A stretch of 64,000 bases of DNA. It comes from the human T2T-CHM13v2.0 reference genome, Homo sapiens. The position numbers were made by a program, and so were the translations under genes. Below are positions 54,021-64,000 of this stretch, in pieces. The stretch's first letter is position 1; each line of letters opens with the position of its first letter. The stretch is from NCBI RefSeq assembly GCF_009914755.1, contig NC_060935.1; one strand, given 5' to 3'. The notes below the pieces were generated by a model, which worked only from the letters and a program-made list of their open reading frames with translations, did no database searches and was not told the DNA's origin.

Positions 54021-56829
54021 TGAACAATTCATAGCAGAGACATGGAATACAAGAATAGTACTTAAGAGATGATATCAGACTTCCTGTCAAGAAGGCATAT
54101 ATGTGATTGTTCAATTAACTGACAAAGTAAACTGGATTTAAATATAATGGAAACCCAAGTTGGGAATGAGATCATGTAACTTACATGATAATATAGTAAT
54201 AATTATACATACTAAGATTGAGCTCTTTCTATGCACCGAACACTGTATTAAATACCTTATATAAATTAGGTAACTTAATACTCATTACAGTCCTGTGAGG
54301 GTATATATTATTAACTCATTGTACATAAAAAGTAACTGAAGTTTAGTGACTTGTGGAAGGTCATCTAATTAATAAATAGCGAAGATAGAGTTCTATCTCA
54401 AATCCCTTAGAACCCAAAATATATATTCTTAATCACTATGGTATATGTCTGCAAAGGAACAAAAGTATCCTTCACGTCACAGTCAGAATGTTGCTCTCTG
54501 GTTCCACCTTAAGGGACAATGAACATCCCATGCCACACGGTGGAGAAAAGGCTGCATATTACTAATGCAACGTGACATCCCAGAAATCAGTATTAGGACC
54601 CTGATCAAAATATATTTGCATCATGTATGGCAGCAATAGTCTTAGCTTCTGTAATTAGATAATCTGGCATTAGTCTTGCTCTCCCCACTGTTGGAGACAG
54701 AAGTTTGGTCCCAGGGAATGTGGCAGGGGCAAATGGGCTGAAACCAAGCAGAAGAGAGTTTCAGCTGATTATCTTACAAAATATGTCCAAGCTCTGAGCT
54801 ATTATAGGATGAGAGTACCCCTCGGGATTGTGCAGAAAAGAAGCCCCATTGCCTTCAGCTCCTCTGAGTAAGTGCTGTGTAAACACAAAGTATCCAGATG
54901 ATGGCTATGACAGTGTCCCATCAGCTAAAGATTAGTGAGGGCTCCCATGAACAGGGGACCCAGGACCACTGCAGACACAGATGGAGATGGGTCAAGGTAA
55001 CAACAACTTCCAATGCAACACCACATACATTATCTCCTTTGAGTTTCAAATGCTTCCACAAAAGAGGCATAACAGATATTATTATCTTTGTTTTCTAAGT
55101 GAGGAAACTAAGGCTCAGAAAACAGGGGCGATTCACTGAAAATTATACATGCTATCAGTAGAAGAGCTGGAATTAGGACCTTAGTCTTGAGCTACAGGTT
55201 CAGAACCTTATTGCACTGCGCTATATTGAGGAGATATAGTTATGCTTTAACATTCCTTTTATGCCTATCTGGGTTTTGGTCTGTTAAAATGACAAATCTT
55301 TAAACAATTCCTCTAACACAAATATTCTAAACACAAATCAAGGCTTCTGTAGCATCAGTGTCTGACTTAACTTCAAATAATGAGATTATCCCAGAGAAGA
55401 GCCACTCATCCATAAGGCAGATCCATGTAACATCAGGCAGAGTGGTGTGGAATGCAGCAAAGGAGCTTGCGCCTCACTCACCATGAGCCATTCATAGGAT
55501 CCAGGCCATGCATAAATTCCCAGCCTCTAAAGGACATTTGCAATATAAGTGTGGATTCTTGGGAAACTACAGCCACCTTTGTATCTCCCGTAAACATCAT
55601 TGGACCACTTTATGGTGTTGAGTCCTTTGAAAAGATCTTTAATAGGAGGCTCTGTGCTCCTGAATAGGGGCTTGCCACTCTGGAACAACCAGAAAAGATT
55701 TCATGCAGGAGAAGCTGCTGCTTCAAATGAGGTGTGAATGTGTAGGGGTTCCTCAGGAATACTGGGGATGGCTTAGTCCAACATTGGCATTTTTCAGATA
55801 CAATTCACTTCAACTCAACAAACATTTATCAAATGTGTGTTTGTCAATGTTCTCAGGAAATTCTGACCTAGAGAAGTCAACATATTTTTACAATCACCCA
55901 ATATGCTCACAGCAGAGCCAGGTTTGTAAGACATGTCTCCTGACCCCCAGGGGGCACACACTTCCTGGTATATCCCCCAGGGGCCACCTCACTTCCTTGG
56001 AGCAAAACAGCACTGAAGGACCTTAATCACTGTATTTTCCTTGGTGTTAGTGCTAGTTGTGAAAATGCCTGACACTGAGATCTGTCATATTTCATGTGCA
56101 GGTGGAGTAGTGATTAATGATCTACATTATCATCATTGAGACTTTGTCCAAAAATTAACTGATTGAATTTGTTAGATCTGACTATCGTTTTGTGAGCCAC
56201 AGTGAAATCACAATTTTATTTGACATGAATGAATACTGAAATAGCTATTTAACCTCAGGCAAGGCTAGTCTATCTAATCTTGATGGGGCAGTAGGCTGGT
56301 TCCTTCAACCAAGAACCCAGCAGGAGGGTTGCCCAGTCATCAGCAGTACTTCCAAATTTGAGCACCTGTTTGTTGCATGTCTCTTTCTTTATATATGTCA
56401 CCACGTATAGTGCTCACAACAAAATAGAATTGTTATGTTTGTTTTACAAAGGAGAAAGCTGGAGCATAGAAATGTTTTTAAGTAAATTGTTAAAGGTTGC
56501 ATAGATAGTTAAGTACAGGAGGTGCAATTCATACCAGGCTTGTCCAATTCTAAACCCCCTGTTGTTTGGCCAGAGAAAGAAAGTTTTGAAAGAAAAGAAA
56601 TTTTGAAAAGAACAATTTCATATTTGGAAGGAACTTTATGTTGTAGCTATATTGGGGGTGGTTATGGGGCCTTGTGGGCTTCAAATCATAGAGGGTGTCA
56701 GAGAAACAAGAGAAGCTGGAGTTGAGATGGAGGACGATTGGGAACAGGAAATCAAGCAGGCTCTAGCGTCTTGCTGTTAAGGGTTGGGACCAAGGGCAGT
56801 TTATGTGATCGCTGTCATCAACGTCACAG

Positions 56830-57270
56830 TGAGGTATGACTTTATACCCATCTCATTGCAAAACTTAAGAAGCCTTTCAATATTATGCTCAGTTATGGAG
56901 AATTGTGGATCAATAGGATCTTTTATACTTTGCTGGTGAGAATGTAAGTTGGTATAACCACTTTGGAAAATAATTTGGCATTACTTCACAACATTTGATA
57001 TTCATGATCTCACCCCCAGATATACCGAAGGAAAAACATTTTTATATGTGTAAGAGAAGACATGTTCAAGAATGTTCATAGTGGTACTGTCTATAGTAGC
57101 AAAAAACTTGTTTATGACCCAAATACCATCCCCAGGTCATAGGATAAATAAAATATGGTATATTAATTCAGTGGAATATTATACTACAGTCAAGTGGAGA
57201 ACTTATGATTATGTACAATATAGTAAGAGCTATTAGCATGGGGGAGGACTGCACGTGTAGATACAGGATT
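56830..57270 (+). mobile_element. Old L1ME-like 3' fragment
   Basis: TGCTGGTGAGAATGTAAGTTGGTATAACCACTTTGGAAAATAATTTGGCA. Confidence 0.7.
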
Positions 57271-57284
57271 TCCATTATGTAGGT

Positions 57285-57750
57285 TGCTGTAGTAATGGCT
57301 TTAAGGTGTCCATGCCTCTGTGTATCCACACCTTTGATATTCTTCTCCCACACTGGCGATGGGCCTGGAAAATGACTGGCTTTGACCAAGGGGTAAGAGC
57401 AAACATGATAGACACTGACTTGGAATGTGCTTGCACATTGAGCTAGCTCTCTCTTGCTGTTCCTAGAAACACTACAGTCATTGTCATGTGAACACACTTG
57501 AGCTAGCCTGGTAGAAAAACCTGGACCCACCACCTCTGTAACCCCAGCTGACTATTAACCTATGGTCCACAACAACTTCCAGACAACTGTGAATGAGGCT
57601 ATCTCAGACTATCCAGCCAAACCTGCCCAGACCAGAGGAATGACCCAGGTGAGCCCAGGTGAATTGCCAGCCCACAAAATCATGAACCAGTAAATCATTG
57701 TTGTTTGAAGCCACTGATTTTTGAATGATTTATTATGTGGCAAAACCCAA
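57285..57750 (+). mobile_element. MLT1F/G-like ERVL-MaLR LTR
   Basis: TGTGTATCCACACCTTTG...TGTGAATGAGGCTATCTCAGAC...AAATCATTGTTGTTTGAAGCCACT. Confidence 0.7.
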
Positions 57751-59602
57751 CCAATTTCATTTTTATTTAGGGCAGCAATTTATTTTATAATAAACAAAAA
57801 AGCAAGTGAGAAACTTGTATAAACCAATGATCAACATATATTTTGAAACAAGGAATACAGTTAATCCAATTATATGCACCGGAAGCTCATTTAAAGATAA
57901 GTAATAATAACAAAAGCACAAACTCATCTTTTAGCTTGATGATTACATCAAGCTGCAAAACAATCTCCCCTATTTAGAGTTTTTTTGCTCCTTGTGGCAG
58001 ATTGCTGATTGTCGACCCTTCCTCCAACCCTCAGTTAATTCTATAACTCAGTAATAAGACATAAGAGGAAGTGATGTGTACAGGGTCCAAGTCATTTCAA
58101 CAAAAGAATCTTGTCCGGGACTCTTTTCTCCCTTTTCCTTCCCATTTTCTGGAAATGGCAAGAACCGGAAAATCTTGAACACCAGTTTTGGGGAAAGGAC
58201 ACCTGCCCTGTCAGCTTGGGTCCCTGGTGGATTTGTGGACACAGAGCTGGATGTTACTCGAGTTGTTACACAAGAGGGAAATCAATGTATCTGTCAGAAA
58301 CACTGTAATTTGTGTATCTTTGTTACAGTGCCTTCAATTTTTGTTCCAACTAACAAACTCTTCCATATCAATCCCTACAATATGCTACAGTGATGTTTCT
58401 GATATAAAATTCTTTTTCAAAATGGGTATGCCTATATTGCTTTTGCTTATTGTAAAAACTTCAAACCAAACAGAAACATATGAAAAGGATATAATTTCTG
58501 AGGATGTTGAATGATTTGAATGTTATCATTCCATATTTTTAATGCATCTAAAATTACATGTGGTTAGACTGCTAAAATTGTACTCTTCATATTTTTCTGT
58601 AATCTGCTTTCTCTATTTAATGACATATTACAGATATCTTTCCATGTCATCACAAGATCTATATAATAGTCCATCCAATGGATATAGCATACTGTATTTT
58701 AAAGCCCTCCTATGCAATTGTTTTCAACCTCTCACATTTTCGTAAGAAAAAAAAATCAGAAACATTCTTATATCAAATTTCTTGTGCACTTATTCAAGCT
58801 ATTTCCTTCAGATAAGTTTTAGAAGAAAACTTTCTGGAGGAAGGGGAATTTAATACATACAATATACATCTTACCTGGTGAAAAGTTTTAAGGATTTCCC
58901 ACTCTCTGAAAATAAAGTCTGGACCCAATGGCCTGGCATATTCCAGCAGGGCTGTTCTTCACTAAGCTCTCACTGACCTTTCTAACCTTACCTTCCACTC
59001 CCTAGAGCACTCTGTATTTGAGCCATGTTGATCATAGATTTCTATTGAAGGTATCCAATTATTTCAGAAGTTTGTTCATCTCATGTTACTTCTTCTGTAT
59101 TTAGTTATTTTACATTTGTCTGTTCCATATGAGAAATGCACACATGCACACACTCACACACACCTACTTTATATGGTGATCTACCTTCTTTCTGTTATTA
59201 AAAACATAGCCCAATATTACCTATTCTAGGCAGCCTTTCATTATGGTTGTTGTCAGCCTATCACATCCCCCTCCTCTTTGCTTCTATAGTAATTTTACCT
59301 ACTTTTATCATAGCATTTATCACATACTTACCACATCCTGCTTCGCTATTTATTGTGTTTACTTATTTATTTTCCTGTCTAGACAATGTCATCCTGAGAG
59401 AAGAATGTTCTTGTCTTTGAATTCTCCTTCTCGGAATGGTAGCTGGCACCTAATGGGCATTCATGGGAATGCACATACACCTTGCTTTTCCCCAGGCATT
59501 CTGGGTCATGTTGTCGTCAAGATCTATTCTAGGTTTCTCTAAATAATATTTCATATTTTGGAGTCTCACTGATTCTCTTCCTATCACCCTAAGCTACTTT
59601 CT

Positions 59603-60020
59603 TGGGGTAGACAGACTGAGGTGGTCCCATGCTCCCTTCTTCTGGATATTCAGGTCTTTGTGTGATCCTCTCCCCTTGAGTGAACAGAACCTGTGAATTG
59701 CTCCTAACCAATAGAACATAAAAATATTATGAAATATTGCTCCCTTGACTAAGTTATATCATATAAAACTCTCTCATGACAGACTCACTTGCAATTCTGC
59801 CAACAACCTGAGTAGGCTTGAAGCAGATTCTTCCCTATTCAAGTCTGTGAATAACAATGAAGCCTGGCTAATAGCTTGATTGTAGTCTTGTAGGTCCCTG
59901 AGCAGAGGTCACAGTTAAGCTCTTCCTGTAGTCCTCCTGATCCATAACTATGAGATAATAAATGTATAATGTTTTAAGCTGCTAATTTTGTAGCAAATTG
60001 TTGCATGGTGTAGAAAACAC
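59603..60020 (+). mobile_element. MLT1E-like ERVL-MaLR LTR, internally deleted
   Basis: GATCCTCTCCCCTTGAGTG...AATTCTGCCAACAACCTGAGT...GAGATAATAAATGTATAATGTTTTAAGCTGCTAA. Confidence 0.75.
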
Positions 60021-60997
60021 TGGGCCTCCAATAGAAATTTCTGAGATTTCAATAAACCCAGACATCAAAACTATAATCCTTCCCAGTAAGTGACATGATT
60101 GGAGTCATATATTAAAAGCAGAAAATATAAAATTAGGTGGCACTGATATACTGAGAACCTCAAGGAAAGGTAAAAAAAGTGTCAACACACAACAGTCTAG
60201 AATGTGTGTGCTTTCCGAGGTCTTTCTACTGGTCTACAATCCTAATGATAATGGGCACTTTCTCCTACATGCATTGGTAACTGAAGCTCGACTCTTCCTT
60301 GCATATGTGGGAAGCATTTTTACGTAAAGGGAAAAGGCCCAATATTAGAACATTCTGCCTGTAGCTAGGCATAGGCATGAAGATAGGAGTGAAGGCTAGT
60401 AAGAACTGAATTTCAATAAGTTAACAGAATTAAGGCATTATTACTAATGTACCAGAAAGTTATTAAAAGGACCATAAGGGTATATAGCTTCTTCCTGAAT
60501 TAGGCCATTATATTAATAATAAAATCCATACTTCATTGGTGTCAGCCGAAATGTTGTCAAAGATTGAATGCTTATGCTCTAAGGAGATATGTGACACTCT
60601 TTCATGGCCAGGTCAAGGATGCCAGTTAGGTTTCATCATGTATGCCAATGATAATTGATTATTATTGACAGCTTGTATTGAATTAGGCTTCACAAGCAAA
60701 TATGCTGTAGCTAACCAGCAATGTCTACCATTAGCAAGGGAGAGTGGCAGGGAGGTAATAATCCCCTCCCCTAGGCAGCTGATGAAACTGTGGACTCCAT
60801 GTTAAAACACATGGAGTTTGAGTCCTGACAATTATATTCACCAACTTGGATATTTGGGTCATGTCACTTAACTTCTCCGAGCCTTAGCTTCTCCAAAGAG
60901 TTAACCATCTTGAGGAGTCTGAGAATCATTAAGAGAGTCTACGTAACAGTACCCAGCAGAGTGTAAGGCCCCTATCTGATGTTTTTTTTAAAAAAAA

Positions 60998-61630
60998 AAT
61001 TTTTACTCATAACTGCCAAACTTGGAAACAACCAAGATGTCCTTCAGTAGATGAATGGATACATAGACTGTGGTAGATCCAGACAATGGAATGCATTCAC
61101 AATTCACTAATAAAAATCAGCTATTGAGTCATGAAAAGACAGAGAGGACCTTAAATGCCTGTTATTAAGTGAAAGGAGCAAATCTGAAAAGGCTACATAC
61201 TGTTTATTTCACCCGTATGACACTCGGGAAGAGGCGAATCTCTGGAGACAGTAAAAAGATCAGTGGCTGGCAGGGATTAAGAAGGAGGGAGGGATGAATA
61301 GGCAGAGAACAGAGGATTTTTAGGGCAATGAAACTATTCTGTACAATATTACCATGGCACATACATGTCATCATATATTTGTCAAAACCCATAGAATGTA
61401 CAAGACCAGGAGTGAACCCTAATGTAAACTATGGACCTCAGGTTGTAACGATGTGTCAATGTAGCTTCATTGAGCGTAACAAACGTATTCCCGTGGTGCA
61501 GGGCATCCGTAGAGGAAGAGGCCATGTACAATGGGGGTTAGGTGATATATGGGAAATCACTGTACCTTCTGCTCAGTTTTGCTGTGAACCTAAAAATTCT
61601 CTAAAAATAAAGTTTACTAATTTTTAAAAA
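60998..61630 (+). mobile_element. L1MC1-like 3' end
   Basis: CAACCAAGATGTCCTTCAGTAG...GAGTGAACCCTAATGTAAACTATGGAC...TGCTGTGAACCTAAAA. Confidence 0.85.
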
Positions 61631-62150
61631 GTCAAATCATTTTGAACCTTTGAATATTTGCTAAGCAAGTGGATGAAGAAATCAGCAGAGTTAAGGGATG
61701 AAAAGTGACTGTAATTTGCATTAGAGATAAGTTATAGATATCAGCGGACTGTGAGAAAGTAAATTTCATGACTAGATAGAGATATTAGATCAGAAGAAAA
61801 AGGGAATGAAATGAAAAACACGGAGATGAATGTATCAGGAAGAGACAGCCCAAGTGCCCAATGTCAGGAATGGGCTGCAGTTTGAATGATTAAAGAACAC
61901 AGTGGAAGTTGGCACCTCCGTTTACCTATTTGTGTAACAGCCATGAGATTCACATTACCTAGAACATTACCTAGTGTGAAAAGGTGCCTGTTATCAGAAC
62001 ACTTCCACCACAGTGCCACCAGCAGGATAACCAACTTGTATAATTCCAAAGGCAACATGAATAATGGTAAGATGTTCATTCTTGAAGTGATTAACAGGTG
62101 CAGATTGCTATGGAGAAGAGTCAATAAGGAGGCAGAGAGAAGTTACCTTG

Positions 62151-62505
62151 TGATATGGTTTGGCTGGGTGCCCACTCAAATCTCCCCTTGAATTGTAATA
62201 ATCTTCATGTGTCAAAGATGGGGCCAGGTGGAGATGACTGAACCACTGGAGCATTTTCCCCCAGACTGTTCTTGTGGTAGTGAATAAATCTCACGAGATC
62301 TGATGATTTTATAAATGGGAGTTCCCCTGCACAAGCTCTCTTGCCTGTCACCATGTAAGATGTGACTTTGCTCCTCATTTGCCTTCCGCCTGATTGTGAG
62401 GACTCCCCAGCCATGGGGAACTGTGAATCCATTAAACCTCTTTCCCTTATAAATTATCCAGTCTCAGGTATGTGTTTATTAGCAACGTGAGAACAGACTA
62501 ATACA
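62151..62505 (+). mobile_element. THE1C-like solo LTR (ERVL-MaLR)
   Basis: TGATATGGTTTGGCT...CAGACTAATACA; 5-bp TSD CCTTG/TCTTG. Confidence 0.92.
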
Positions 62506-64000
62506 TCTTGCTCCTGCTGAAAGGTAGGAAAACTCAGGAAGAGGTGTCCTCAGCTTTAAAAATAGGCATCCAACTCAGAATTCTGAGTGTGAGCTGATGC
62601 TCAAGTCAGAGCAAGGACTAATGCCTAGAGGGGTTCAGGTTGTAAACTGTCTACTGAAGGTAGAGGAACACTCTGCTTCTGGCTGGATGCCATCTTAAGG
62701 CTGGAAAGAGAATCAGAAATTACTATTTAAAATCTTGTAACGGGAACACATGATAAACTGTTGGGCCCTTGCCCTGAATTGTGTGTGTAACTCAAGTTTC
62801 AAGAGAGAGATGGATAGTTAACTAAGTGTACTGTATGCTATTCTATACTGGGTGCTGTGTGGTAAAGAAATGAACAATAAGCAATGGTAACACAGAAAAG
62901 CATTTAATTTGAAAAGTGTCAAAATCTGGCTATGCCATTTTGACTTACAAGAGAAATGACTTTTGCTGACTTCTAGGCTTTCCCTGCCAACGAGCGCAGT
63001 GGGATTCAACAATCTCACTGTCAAATGATGTCAATACCATGCTCTGATTCAAGTTGAATGGATTCACGTTTAAGCTGGACCACTTATTAGCATAACTTTG
63101 GGCACATCATTTGACCTCTCAGAAACTCATTTTAAAAAATGTTCTGTAAAATGTATCTGTAAAATGGAACTAATAGTAGTATCTACTTCATTAGTCATAT
63201 CTTAGCAGAGTAGTGTTGACTTAAATCCTGCTTAACAGTGTTGGTGGCAGGACCACTTGAAACAGTGGCTATAAATACTCTTTGAAAATGGTAAAGCACG
63301 ATACAGATATAAATCATTGATGCTATTGTTTTTTATTTATTATTTAATTTTCAATGCAACTGATTAGAATTTCTGATCTTTAAAAGAAGAGCAGAGTTTT
63401 ATTTTTGCCATTTCTCTCTTTTTTAAAAATAAAATTATGATATATAGTACCATGCCCTGGATATGGAGTCTTTTTAGTAAAGTCTTAGAATGAGGGACGA
63501 CTTCTCTTTTCTCCATCACCTCTCTGAGATCAATAGGGCTTAACAGATTGAGGACGGTTTACAGACAGGAGCTACTTCCATGTCATGTTTTAATACACAG
63601 ATGCAATCTAATGTTCCTGGTCAAGAGGGTAAACATTGTTGCAATACATATATTTGAAAATTGCTTCTCTTCAAATATATATGTATATATATCTGTATAT
63701 ACACAATGTGTGTGTGTGTATAAAATCCTGATGTCTTCTCTACAGTGCTTTCTAGTTGCTAAAATTGATCCAAGTTACATTAAACTAGATGTAGTCTCAA
63801 ACAGAGCCAAGTTGTATAGCTCTGCAACTAGATCTAGCTATATGCTTTTGGTATAAACCTCTTTTTATATTTATTTTTGCGAACATATTTCTTCATATTA
63901 TATGCAAGGAATGTATTTCTTAATTTCCCAGTCAATTAAAATGTGCTTTGATAAAGAGTAAAAAAGACTCAGCATTATCTCTGAGGACAAATGTGCATTA

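Noticed and set aside
58048-58514. Cluster of overlapping 64-108-aa ORFs
   Set aside because: No recognisable domain and no coherent splice boundaries; the 3' parts run into a decayed L1.

Overview
AT-rich primate (most likely human) genomic DNA, dominated by transposable elements: Alu J/S, L1PA2, L1PA8-10-like, L1M, L2, MIR, hAT-Charlie, Tigger and MaLR LTRs. I see no intact protein-coding gene; the longer ORFs in the track come from L1, Alu or low-complexity sequence. The main result is a chain of 5-7 splice-site-bounded segments on the + strand (about 3975-18428) in non-repetitive sequence. They join in compatible phases into a ~250-aa Cys-rich reading frame broken by 4 stops and 2-3 frameshifts. 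By eye the frame carries beta/gamma-crystallin or syncollin-like Greek-key motifs, making it a candidate unannotated unitary pseudogene. Other notable structure: two twin-primed (5'-inverted) L1s of different ages whose junctions fall at almost the same L1 ORF2 nucleotide, two short-range templated duplications, and two hAT MITEs stacked in one 8-bp target. Repeat subfamily names and most old-repeat boundaries were assigned from memory of consensus sequences and are approximate.
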